The notes under the pieces are model-generated. The model ran no database searches and was not told the origin of the DNA. It saw nothing but the letters and a program-made list of their open reading frames with translations. Below are positions 28,082-37,124 of a stretch of 64,000 nucleotides of DNA, piece by piece; the first letter of the stretch is position 1, and each line of letters opens with the position of its first letter. Where the stretch lies: positions 14,213 to 78,212 of the forward strand of contig REDX01000217.1 in assembly GCA_007695355.1 (NCBI GenBank), given 5' to 3'. This DNA comes from Planctomycetota bacterium (GTDB taxonomy: Bacteria > Planctomycetota > UBA11346). The position numbers and the translations under genes were made by a program.

Positions 28082-29133
28082 TCGCCGAGGCCCTGCCCGA
28101 CGCCGATCGCTGCCTAGTGGTGGCTGATGCTCGAGTCGCCGAACTGCACGGCGAAAGCCTAACGCGCAGCCTCAAGGCTGCCGGCCTGGGTTACCACTTG
28201 GCGACCTTTGCCCCCGGCGAGACCAGCAAAACCCTAGAAACCGCTGAACAACTGTGGCAGGCCGCTGCCGCCATGCGCCTCGATCGCCGTGGCTTGGTGG
28301 TGGCCTTGGGCGGTGGCGTTTGCGGTGATCTCGCCGGCTTTGTCGCCGCCTGCTGGATGCGCGGGGTGCGCATGGTGCAAATTCCCACCACCCTGCTGGC
28401 GATGGTGGATTCTTCGGTGGGGGGAAAGACCGGGGTCAATAGCGCGGCCGGGAAAAACCTCATTGGCGCCTTTCACCAGCCCAGTTTGGTGATTATGGAT
28501 ACCACCATCCTGGCCAGCATGGAGCAGCGGGAATACGCCGCCGGCCTCGCCGAAGTGGTGAAGTATGGGGTGATAGAAGACGCCGACTTTTTCGCCTGGC
28601 AGGAAGCCCAGGCCGCCGCTCTGGTTGCCCGCGACCCCCAGGTGGTGGCCCAGGCAGTGTACCGCAGCTGCGCGATTAAAGCCGCCCACGTCGAAGCCGA
28701 CGAATTCGAGCAGGGCATCCGCGCCCACCTCAATTACGGCCACACCTTTGGCCACGCCCTTGAGGGTTCTACCGCCTACCGGCGCTACCTACACGGCGAG
28801 GCGGTGGCGATCGGTATGAATATGGCGGCCGCCGCTGCCGAGGCCCTGGGTTTTTGCGCTGACAAGCACCTGCTGCCCCGCCAGGAAGCCCTGCTGCGCG
28901 CTCTGGGCCTGCCCCTGGTGCACCGGCTGGGCCCGGATCCAGCGGGCGAATTAGCCGATTTGGCGGCCCGCACCGCCCTCGATAAGAAGGTCAGCGCTGG
29001 GCGCCAGCGCTTTGTCCTGCCCCGCTGTCTGGGCGAGGTTGCGGTGGTCACCGATCCCGATCCCACCGCCATTGCCGCCGGCTTTGCCGCCTATGCATCG
29101 ACCGAGGCCTCTGCCTTGACCGGGGACAGCTAA
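27982..29133 (+). CDS. aroB: 3-dehydroquinate synthase
   Basis: GTG start with GGAGG 6 nt upstream. N-terminus TVQLPGRSYPIHF aligns with the conserved start of AroB. Also GGGVCGDLAGF, the SVGGKTGVN region, and HLNYGHTFGHALE metal ligands. Confidence 0.9.
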   Translation: MDTPHPSTLTVQLPGRSYPIHFPDAGLAAAGALIAEALPDADRCLVVADARVAELHGESLTRSLKAAGLGYHLATFAPGETSKTLETAEQLWQAAAAMRLDRRGLVVALGGGVCGDLAGFVAACWMRGVRMVQIPTTLLAMVDSSVGGKTGVNSAAGKNLIGAFHQPSLVIMDTTILASMEQREYAAGLAEVVKYGVIEDADFFAWQEAQAAALVARDPQVVAQAVYRSCAIKAAHVEADEFEQGIRAHLNYGHTFGHALEGSTAYRRYLHGEAVAIGMNMAAAAAEALGFCADKHLLPRQEALLRALGLPLVHRLGPDPAGELADLAARTALDKKVSAGRQRFVLPRCLGEVAVVTDPDPTAIAAGFAAYASTEASALTGDS

Positions 29134-29136
29134 GCC

Positions 29137-30258
29137 ATGAGCCTCCCCCTGGCGGATGTGTACCTGCGCCTGAGTCTCATTGCCGGCCTGGGGCCCTTGA
29201 TTGCCGAGCGCATCCTCGCCGCCGCCGGCGATCAGCCCGCGGCCATCTTTGGCTGGTCCCAGGCCCGGCTTTGCGCCATCGATGGCGTTGGTCCCGAGCG
29301 CGCCCGGCGCATCCTCAATCCCCATTTGGATGAGCAGGTTGAATCAGAGCGCGCCCGCGCCGCCGCCCTCGGCCTGCGCATTATTACCCGCGCCGATGAC
29401 GATTACCCGGTGGATCTGCAGCGTCTTAACGATCCGCCCCTGGCCCTATGGATGCGCGGTGAGCTGCGCCCCGAAGATCGTCTCGCGGTGGCGGTGGTGG
29501 GGCCCCGTAATCCATCTGCCTACGGCCATCGCCAAGCCCGCCGCCTGGCCCAGGGCTTGGCCAGCCTGGGTACCTGCATTATTTCCGGGCTGGCCCGCGG
29601 GGTGGATACGGTGGCCCACGAGGCGGCCCTGGCCGCCGGTGGGCGCACGGTAGCGGTCCTTGGCTCTGGCTTTGATCATCCTTACCCCGAAGAGAATCGC
29701 GATCTTCTGGCCCGCATTGCCGATGGCCGAGGAGCGGTGATTTCAGAATTTCCTTGCCCCACCCGTCCCAGCCCCGGCACCTTTCCCCGGCGCAATCGCA
29801 TGGTCGCTGCCTTGAGCCTCGCCACCCTGGTGATCGAGGCTGGTAAGCGCTCGGGCGCCCTGATTACCGCCCGCCTCGCCGGCGAACTGGGCAAGGAGGT
29901 CATGGCCCTCCCTGGCCCCGTGGATCGCCCCGAGCACCAAGGTTCGAATCAGCTCTTACGCGATGGTGCCACACTAGTTACAGGTCTAGAAGAAATCCTC
30001 GCGGAGATTCCACCGTTGGCCACCATGGCCGCCCCCAGCGCCGCCCTGGTGCAGGCCCACGAAGCGGCCGCTCCGGCGGCCCGTCTGAGTGGACGTGAAC
30101 GGGATATCTACGCCCTGCTTTCAGATGTCGTGCGCTCGGTGGACGAGGTGGTGGCGGTCTCCGGCCTGCCCGCCTCGGTGATTGGCGCCACCATGGTAAG
30201 CCTCGAGCTCAAGCGCCTGGTGCGCCGCCAGGCCGGTGGCTTTGTCCGCGCCGTATAG
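29137..30258 (+). CDS. dprA: DNA-processing protein DprA (Smf)
   Basis: VVGPRNPSAYG, SGLARGVDTVAHEAAL, FPRRNRMVAALS and a C-terminal winged-helix-like tail. It starts 4 nt after aroB. Confidence 0.9.
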   Translation: MSLPLADVYLRLSLIAGLGPLIAERILAAAGDQPAAIFGWSQARLCAIDGVGPERARRILNPHLDEQVESERARAAALGLRIITRADDDYPVDLQRLNDPPLALWMRGELRPEDRLAVAVVGPRNPSAYGHRQARRLAQGLASLGTCIISGLARGVDTVAHEAALAAGGRTVAVLGSGFDHPYPEENRDLLARIADGRGAVISEFPCPTRPSPGTFPRRNRMVAALSLATLVIEAGKRSGALITARLAGELGKEVMALPGPVDRPEHQGSNQLLRDGATLVTGLEEILAEIPPLATMAAPSAALVQAHEAAAPAARLSGRERDIYALLSDVVRSVDEVVAVSGLPASVIGATMVSLELKRLVRRQAGGFVRAV

Positions 30259-30274
30259 GCCCCGGCGCGGGGCC
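30258..30274 (+). terminator. short GC hairpin overlapping the dprA stop
   Basis: GGCCCCG GCG CGGGGCC gives a 7-bp stem with a 3-nt loop. No U-tract. Confidence 0.3.
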
Positions 30275-30423
30275 ATTGGCCGCTATCGGCATGGCAAAAC
30301 GGCGGCACTTCGCGCACAAAACCCGGTTGATACACCACGACTAGTGGCGGAGAACCCCACATGGCCCCGGGGCCCCTTATGGCTAGGTTTTGGTGTTCGC
30401 GTCTGGCGCGAGTGCTAGTTGGA

Positions 30424-30452
30424 TTGTGCACATTCAGCAAATGCTGGATAAT
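30424..30452 (+). promoter_or_regulatory. candidate sigma-70-like promoter upstream of the giant lipoprotein gene
   Basis: TTGTGC, a 17-nt spacer, then GATAAT, about 100 nt upstream of ATG 30550. Promoter rules for this lineage are not known to me, so this is tentative. Confidence 0.3.
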
Positions 30453-30549
30453 TTACCCCGCATCTCCCTAGCATCCCCGCCGCTCGAATGCCCAGCTCAT
30501 GCGCTGGGACTCTGCCTTAAATTTCCGGCCATTCGGCCCAGGAGTCAGC

Positions 30550-33500
30550 ATGTCTGCATCCGTTCCTTCCCCCGCGGTATCCTTTGCCCCCGCCACCTGG
30601 TGGTCCACCCTTGCCTCCCGCTGTGCCGTTATGGCACTCGCCCTGGCCATTGCTCTACTAAGCGCTGGCTGTCGTTTTGGCGGCGGCAGTGGCCCCGGTG
30701 ATCCTGGTGGTGGTGGCCCGGGAGGAGGTGGTGACCCTGGTGGTCCTGGCGGTGGAACCGGTGGCGGCAGCATCGCCATTGTGCAGCCGGCCGGTGGCAT
30801 TCTTGATTTCGGCGAGGTGCCTTTTGGTGAAAGCGCTACTCGCACGGTTACCTTCCAAAATGTCAGCAATCAGGCCATCACCCTGGTTGATAATCCGGTT
30901 ACCGCCTTTGTCACCGCCGGCCCTCCCGGTGTTTTTACGGTGCCTGAAGGTGCCCAGCCAGGCGGCACCTTGCAGCCTGAGGAAACTGGAACCGCCAGCA
31001 TTACTTTCACCCCCACCAATAGCAATGAGGCCGTAGAAGGCACGGCTACCATTGCCGTGCTTGATCCTGGCACTGGTACCTCGTTTACCCTGCGGGGTAA
31101 TGGCTTGCGCCGTCAATTGCGCTTAACCACCCCCAGCGGTATGAATATCTCCTTGTCTGGTGAATACGATTTCAGCTTTGTGCGGCCCGGGGATTCGAAG
31201 ACCCAAGAATTCATTCTTACCAACCTTACCAATGAACCAGTAACCCTCAATGCGGCCCTTCCCATTGCCATTGGCAATACCACCTTCTTTGAGGCGATAA
31301 ACCCCACGGATCTCACCGTGCCCGCCGGTGGCACGCGTAGCTTCTCGGTGGTCTTTCGGCCCACCGTCTACGCCCGGCAAACCACCACCATGACGGTGCG
31401 GGTACAGAATGGTGACGACATTCCGGTGACCCTCACCGGCGGTGTTGACGAGGGTCTGCTGATTTTGGGTGATGGCGAATTGGTGGCCAATGGTTCTACC
31501 GTTCCACGGGTGGATAATCTCACCGACTTCGGTGCCGCCGAGGTGGCCACCGCCGAGACGGTGACGCGGGTCTTCACCCTCTTCAATAATACCGCCGCCA
31601 ATATAACCATCGGCACCATCTTGCCGCGGCAATCCGATGGCGATGTCTTCTGGGCTGGAACCCTGCGCGATACAGAGCTTACCCCCGGTGGCACGACAAC
31701 GTTCAATGTCACCTTCCTGGCTCGCGATCCCGGCGATTCTCTGCGTACCATCCAGGTGCCCTACACCCAGGCGGGCAGCGGCAGCAATATCTACACCTTT
31801 GCTGTGATTGGCCGTGCCCTCGACCCGCAAGTCCGGATAGAAGGCGTGCGCCAACAACTCAACCAGCAAACGGGTTTGGTTGAGGATATTGCAGTGGTGG
31901 AGATTTTTGACGAAAGCGAAAATCCGCGCCTCGCACCCGGTGAGCCCCAGCCTCCCCTTAACCCGCCCACCAATGTGCCCAATGTCGAAGACAATACGGA
32001 CTTCGGCATGACGCCCCTGGGCATTCCGGTGCAGCGCCGTTTCCGGATCAGCAATGTCGGCAATGCTCCCCTGCGCCTAGAGAACAACCCATCCATCAAT
32101 ATTATTGGCATTACTCTGCCCGGCGATGATGTGGGGACGGACTTCGATCAATTCCGCGTGGTGCAGTTCCCCCGTGATGCCATAAGCGGCGATCCGGTAA
32201 CCGAATTAGCCCCAGGGGAAAGCGCCGATTACATTCTCGAATTCCGCTCCTTGTCGGTGAGCCGTCGTTATCCCTACAGCGCCGATCCGGCGGTGAACCG
32301 TGATGATGTGGTGCTGCCAGTGCCCGGCGCCATTGATCAGAATAATCGCTCCTTGTTAGATGCGGTGGTGCGCATTGGCACTAATGCCAATAATGCCGCT
32401 CATAACCCCTATTTCTGGTATCAGATTACCGGCCAAGTCTACCGGCCGCGCTTGATTGTGCATGCTGATCCTCGGCAAGATGTTCCGGCCGTCAGTGCGG
32501 CTGTGATCGATCGCATGAACGATCCTCGCACCACCTACCGCAATGATATTCGCATCTACGGCGATGATAATCAGGAAACCCGTCTCGGTATAACCGTGCC
32601 CCACGGCCAGACCTCCCCTCGTCGGGCCAATCGCACCGAATTCGGCGGCCTCCAGGTGGGCGATAGTCTCACCCATAATTTCCGCGTCCGCAATGATTCT
32701 GCCGAATCCATCCGCCTCACCGGTTCGCCGCGGATTAATGTTTTGGGTTCCCACCCCGAAGACTTTGATGTCGTGATTCGCACCGTCCCCTGGACCGAGG
32801 ATGAGACCCCTGGCGGCACCCTTCTCGCCGGACGCGAACCGGGTGAAATGTTGCAAGGCGAAGACGTCACCTTCTCCGTCACCTTCAGCCCCCGCAGTCC
32901 GGATCGTCGTTCCGCAGAGATTGAAATCACCTCCCAGGATGCGGTGGTTGGCAAATATCGCTTTGCCATTTCCGGCCGCGGCCTTGGCCCCCGACTCGTG
33001 GTGACAGACCCCAATGAAGCGCTCATTGCCCGTGGTGCCACAACCCCATCCTTAAGCAATAGCACCGAATTGCTGCCCCCTGTTTACATTGTGAATATGG
33101 CAGATCCCTCGGCCACGGGTCAAACCTACCGCATTCAAAACACTGGTAACCAGGCCATGCGCCTGGGCAACGATACGGAACTCGGCGCGGTTACCCTCAG
33201 TGGCCCCAATGTTGGCGACTATATGGTGGTGGCCCAGCCCTTCCGCCAGTTGGAAGGCGGCGGGACGGAGCCGGTGGACGTGCTCTTCCCCGGCGAAATC
33301 GCCTTCTTTACCATTGGCTTTGACCCCGGCTATGACATGCCGATTCGCGACCCCACCGTTGGTGGTAGCTGGCAGCACCCCGAGGAAACCAAGCGCTTTG
33401 TTATTGTCACCGTCAATACCAGCGCCCTCACCAGCGGTGAGGTGCGCGAGCCCGATGCCTATAGCTTCACCATCGCCGGCACGGCAATCAATCCCAAGAT

Positions 33501-35853
33501 GATTGTCCTCGGCAATGGGCGCATGATCTTTGATCGCAACTATAGCCCCAAGCTAACCAATGATACCGCCTTCCGCGATGTCGACATGTGGGGCGGCGTT
33601 CAATTCAATAGTTTTTCCGTGCGCAATGCCGGTTTCATCCATCCCCTGCCCCTGGGCAGCATTGGCCAGGCCTATCTTGATAATGAGGAAGTGATTCCTG
33701 AATTACCCATGTACACGGTGAATGGTAATACGGTAAACTTCCTGGCTTATCCGATTCTCAACTTTGGAGAAGGTGGCGCTTTCCCCAATAGCCCCTGGGA
33801 CCGCAGCGTGCTGACGCGTCTGCGGGTTGGCGATACGATTGTGGTTGGTGGTGCCGAGCGGCGCATTACGCGCATCTACCCCGATGTTAACGATGTCATC
33901 AAGCCCATTAATCTCCCCCGACAGCCCTCAAATCTGCCGCCTCCCGATGTAATTAGGAACCAGCTTGAGCCCTACATCGAAGAGGGGGATTTTTTCAATG
34001 AAGAGGGTACCACCCTGGCACCTCTCGGTTGGGCCTACAACTTGCCCATACGGGGATTTATCCAGTTCGACGGTGAGGGCCTGGAGAGTAATACCGTTAC
34101 CGATCCCCGTTTCTTTATTATTGATACTCGTCCAGATGAAGATACCGGTTCAGAAGATTTTGTAATTATTAACCCAGATGTGACCCCTGGTGAACTAAGG
34201 ACCTTCCGTTGGATCAACCTGGGTGGCACCTGGGCCATCGGCCAACAGGCGGGCATCAATGGCGAGACCGGAGATATTGAGATCGGCCGGCTTATTACCC
34301 AGGACTATGTGATTCGCGCTCCAGCCGATGGCGTAGGTACGGATCCCCTGAATCGTGAATTCCCGCGTAATACGCGGCGGGTGCTTCAGCCCTTGCAGCG
34401 GGTGGATTCTGCGCAAAGCGCCGCGGGTGAAGTCATTGAATCCTTTGTCTTTACCAATAATGCCCTCAATCGCGAAATTCTTGGCCAGCTTATTCCCAAT
34501 GCCCGCATTGAATTTTGGCGTGATGAGGACGATGCCGATAATGGCGAGCCGCCGGATCGCGTTTTCACCGTAGAGAGTCTCAACCCTGCCGATGGCCGGG
34601 TAACGGTTACCCAGCGGATTATTGGTACTTTTGATGGACAGAACTACACCGAACAGACCTACATTGATGGCCACTTCCGCGCCGTTATCCCACGGGCCTT
34701 TAGTCTGACGAGGGCTATTGATGCCATGTTCATTAAGCACGATTTCCGCATACGCAATGAACTGCCGGCCAGTCTCCCGCCCGGGGCCGAAGTGGAATTA
34801 ACGGTGCAATTCAAGCCCCGCTGGTCCACTGGATTTGATCGCAATCGCCATCTCTTGGGCCGCATCGACCATGAAGATGAGTCCTTGTATTCTGATCTGC
34901 TATGGTGGGATATTATTCCAATCATTGGCGAAGGGGCGGCGCTCAATCGCCGGAATCCCGGTGGACTCGATTGGGCCCTGGCCCAGGCCAGCACCTGGCT
35001 GCATAGCCTCAAGGCAAATACGGACCCCATTGGTCTCTACACGGAAATTGGTTCGGACTTTGTGCCACCGAATCTCCCCCATCCCCGCGGTGGTTTGGAA
35101 CATCAAGTGGAAGTGAATATTCCCAATGGGGACATAGATACCTATGGGGATTGGAAAACCGGCCACATTCCTGCGGGTTTCCATGGGCTGCTTCCAGATC
35201 CATTGAAACCACGGGGTGAATGGGTCAGTACCAACGTTTTCCCCATTCCCTTGGCAAATCTGGGCGAATACCTTGATGAATTCTCGCCTGATTACGAGTT
35301 TGCCCTGGCAGGAATGGCGAGAAGTCCTCGAATCCAGGCCAACGATGTTGGTGATCCACTCAAACTGGGGGCGCCACCCTTTGATTCAAAATTTGGTGCT
35401 CGGCGTGGTCCCTTGCCAGTCATTTTCGACTCGACGCAAATTGGGCAGACGGTGGTCGAAGAGATAACCTTCATCGCCCTGCCGAATTTACTGGGATCCC
35501 TCTATCAGCCCCATGGCCGTTTGATTTTTGATCCCCAGGTCCCCTTCACCATCGAAGGACCGGCGCGCCAGGACTTCAGAATTGCCAACATTGAACTCGG
35601 GCCCAATAACGGAAACATGGTTCCCGGAGAACCGGAGAATAGCTATACTGAGTGGCAGTTGACGCCTCGTCCCGGAGAATTCATCCGCGTCACCTTGGAA
35701 TTCTCGCCCACCGCGGTGACGGATCCCAATGATCCGGATAAGCCGATTCGGGCGGGTAGTCTGGTGGTGCCCACCAATGATGCGGTGGAAGATCCTCTGC
35801 GCGTGCCCCTGCGTGGTGCCGGTGAGCCGCCACCACCGGAAGGCAACTTCTAA
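30550..35853 (+). CDS. giant (1767 aa) surface lipoprotein with repeated choice-of-anchor-D / ASH (PapD-like Ig) type modules
   Basis: ATG 30550 with GGAG 5 nt upstream. Lipobox LLSAGC is followed by a Gly/Pro linker. Module starts recur (FGEVPFGESATRTVTFQNVSN, NLTDFGAAEV, NTDFGMTPLG, RTEFGGLQVG), each followed by ...F.v.N.G...L.l.... Confidence 0.75.
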   Translation: MSASVPSPAVSFAPATWWSTLASRCAVMALALAIALLSAGCRFGGGSGPGDPGGGGPGGGGDPGGPGGGTGGGSIAIVQPAGGILDFGEVPFGESATRTVTFQNVSNQAITLVDNPVTAFVTAGPPGVFTVPEGAQPGGTLQPEETGTASITFTPTNSNEAVEGTATIAVLDPGTGTSFTLRGNGLRRQLRLTTPSGMNISLSGEYDFSFVRPGDSKTQEFILTNLTNEPVTLNAALPIAIGNTTFFEAINPTDLTVPAGGTRSFSVVFRPTVYARQTTTMTVRVQNGDDIPVTLTGGVDEGLLILGDGELVANGSTVPRVDNLTDFGAAEVATAETVTRVFTLFNNTAANITIGTILPRQSDGDVFWAGTLRDTELTPGGTTTFNVTFLARDPGDSLRTIQVPYTQAGSGSNIYTFAVIGRALDPQVRIEGVRQQLNQQTGLVEDIAVVEIFDESENPRLAPGEPQPPLNPPTNVPNVEDNTDFGMTPLGIPVQRRFRISNVGNAPLRLENNPSINIIGITLPGDDVGTDFDQFRVVQFPRDAISGDPVTELAPGESADYILEFRSLSVSRRYPYSADPAVNRDDVVLPVPGAIDQNNRSLLDAVVRIGTNANNAAHNPYFWYQITGQVYRPRLIVHADPRQDVPAVSAAVIDRMNDPRTTYRNDIRIYGDDNQETRLGITVPHGQTSPRRANRTEFGGLQVGDSLTHNFRVRNDSAESIRLTGSPRINVLGSHPEDFDVVIRTVPWTEDETPGGTLLAGREPGEMLQGEDVTFSVTFSPRSPDRRSAEIEITSQDAVVGKYRFAISGRGLGPRLVVTDPNEALIARGATTPSLSNSTELLPPVYIVNMADPSATGQTYRIQNTGNQAMRLGNDTELGAVTLSGPNVGDYMVVAQPFRQLEGGGTEPVDVLFPGEIAFFTIGFDPGYDMPIRDPTVGGSWQHPEETKRFVIVTVNTSALTSGEVREPDAYSFTIAGTAINPKMIVLGNGRMIFDRNYSPKLTNDTAFRDVDMWGGVQFNSFSVRNAGFIHPLPLGSIGQAYLDNEEVIPELPMYTVNGNTVNFLAYPILNFGEGGAFPNSPWDRSVLTRLRVGDTIVVGGAERRITRIYPDVNDVIKPINLPRQPSNLPPPDVIRNQLEPYIEEGDFFNEEGTTLAPLGWAYNLPIRGFIQFDGEGLESNTVTDPRFFIIDTRPDEDTGSEDFVIINPDVTPGELRTFRWINLGGTWAIGQQAGINGETGDIEIGRLITQDYVIRAPADGVGTDPLNREFPRNTRRVLQPLQRVDSAQSAAGEVIESFVFTNNALNREILGQLIPNARIEFWRDEDDADNGEPPDRVFTVESLNPADGRVTVTQRIIGTFDGQNYTEQTYIDGHFRAVIPRAFSLTRAIDAMFIKHDFRIRNELPASLPPGAEVELTVQFKPRWSTGFDRNRHLLGRIDHEDESLYSDLLWWDIIPIIGEGAALNRRNPGGLDWALAQASTWLHSLKANTDPIGLYTEIGSDFVPPNLPHPRGGLEHQVEVNIPNGDIDTYGDWKTGHIPAGFHGLLPDPLKPRGEWVSTNVFPIPLANLGEYLDEFSPDYEFALAGMARSPRIQANDVGDPLKLGAPPFDSKFGARRGPLPVIFDSTQIGQTVVEEITFIALPNLLGSLYQPHGRLIFDPQVPFTIEGPARQDFRIANIELGPNNGNMVPGEPENSYTEWQLTPRPGEFIRVTLEFSPTAVTDPNDPDKPIRAGSLVVPTNDAVEDPLRVPLRGAGEPPPPEGNF

Positions 35854-35865
35854 GACCATGTGGTG

Positions 35866-35889
35866 CGCCAGGGGCCTGTGCCCCTGGCG
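35866..35889 (+). terminator. perfect 10-bp GC hairpin after the giant gene
   Basis: CGCCAGGGGC CTGT GCCCCTGGCG, 13 nt after the stop at 35853. No U-tract. Confidence 0.4.
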
Positions 35890-36091
35890 TACTGCTGTAT
35901 GGGCCTGCCGGCACCCCTATCCCGACTCATACACCCCACCGAGGGAAAGCCCTGCTCACATGGTGCCGCCGCAATCGCCGCCTAGGTTGTGCCTACGTTC
36001 TTGATGCTGTCTTCAGGGCAGGCTCACGACTGCGGTCCAGCACCTTGGGTCATCTTATCTACGAATCCCCTCCGTTCTTCAGGAGTCTTCC

Positions 36092-36892
36092 ATGCTGTCA
36101 TCGGCTCGCCGTTCCGTCTTCTCCACGGGTTTTGTGACCACCGCTGTCGGCGGCGCAGTCCTATCCCTTGCTGCTGCAGCTCCGCTGGCGGCGGAAGATA
36201 CCTTCCTTGGGTATACCGATCTCCGCCTGACCATCGGCACCATGCCCTTCAGCGGAGTGAGCGGCGGCCCAGCAGGCGAGCGTTATTCCGGCAAGTATGA
36301 ATTTGCTGGCCGCGTCAGCTTGATGGCGATTGGCCCGGTGTGTAGCGTCCTGCCGATTAACTGCTACACCCCGCCCCGGGTTGGCAGCAGCGGCACCAGC
36401 ACCGCCGTCGATAGCTATGGCAGCTATGACGATCTAGTGGTAGAGCGTCAGTTCAGCTACCGTGCCCAGCAAAGCTACAGCTACGACTGGCTGCTCGGCT
36501 TTGAACTGTCCGGCAATACCTTTGTCGCCAGCCGCGACAATGAGCCGGAAATCACCACCAATGCCCTGGCGATAACCGTGCATGTCGGCTTTGGTCTTGA
36601 GATTGCCACCCGTTCCAGCGGTCGTTGGCATTGGGAATTAACGCCCTTTATCGGTGCCGGCTTTGCCGTCACCGATTGGGAAACCACCGCCGGTGTTAGC
36701 GATGATGACCTTGGCACGTATTGGGAAATTGGCGTTCGTCTTGGCACCTACTACACCTTTGCCGGTGGTTTCCAGTTGGGCGCTGAAGCGCGCTATGTCT
36801 ATGCCGATATGGACGTTGGCGTTTTCGGCGAAAGCGCTGACTACAGCGTCGATGGCCTTACCTTCAACCTTGCTCTTGGCTATCGTTTCTAG
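36092..36892 (+). CDS. outer-membrane beta-barrel protein
   Basis: AGGAG 6 nt before the ATG. Signal peptide ...LSLAAAAPLAAEDT, alternating beta-strand pattern, and a C-terminus ...LALGYRF ending in Phe. Confidence 0.6.
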   Translation: MLSSARRSVFSTGFVTTAVGGAVLSLAAAAPLAAEDTFLGYTDLRLTIGTMPFSGVSGGPAGERYSGKYEFAGRVSLMAIGPVCSVLPINCYTPPRVGSSGTSTAVDSYGSYDDLVVERQFSYRAQQSYSYDWLLGFELSGNTFVASRDNEPEITTNALAITVHVGFGLEIATRSSGRWHWELTPFIGAGFAVTDWETTAGVSDDDLGTYWEIGVRLGTYYTFAGGFQLGAEARYVYADMDVGVFGESADYSVDGLTFNLALGYRF

Positions 36893-36919
36893 TCAGGTCC
36901 AAAAACTGCTAATACCCGT

Positions 36920-36950
36920 ATAAGGGGTGGGCCATAAGCCCACCCCTTAT
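36920..36950. terminator. perfect 13-bp hairpin between the OMP gene and selC
   Basis: ATAAGGGGTGGGC CATAA GCCCACCCCTTAT. It sits between convergent transcription units (OMP stop 36892, tRNA-Sec 3' end 36966). Confidence 0.6.
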
Positions 36951-36965
36951 GACGTTATGGAAAGA

Positions 36966-37059
36966 TGGCGGAAGCGGGAGGGAGTCGAACCCACCTGGGA
37001 CTTTTCAGCCCCACAGCGGCTTTGAAGGCCGTGAATACCACCGGGTACCATCCGCTTCC
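36966..37059 (-). tRNA. selC: tRNA-Sec (anticodon UCA), CCA encoded
   Basis: Minus strand reads GGAAGCGG AT GGTACC CGGT GGTATT ... C-U-UCA-A-A ... TGGGGCT GAAA AGTCCCA ... GGG TTCGACT CCC ... CCGCTTCC G CCA. This gives a perfect 8-bp acceptor stem, a 6-bp D stem with a 4-nt loop, a UCA anticodon preceded by U, and a long 7-bp variable arm with a GAAA loop. All are hallmarks of bacterial tRNA-Sec. It lies 65 nt downstream of selB. Confidence 0.9.
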
Positions 37060-37124
37060 ATTTCAATGCTGCAGGGAACCTAAGCCTCCCCGGCGCCGAG
37101 GGAAGGGTTCCAATGGTCAGGGCG

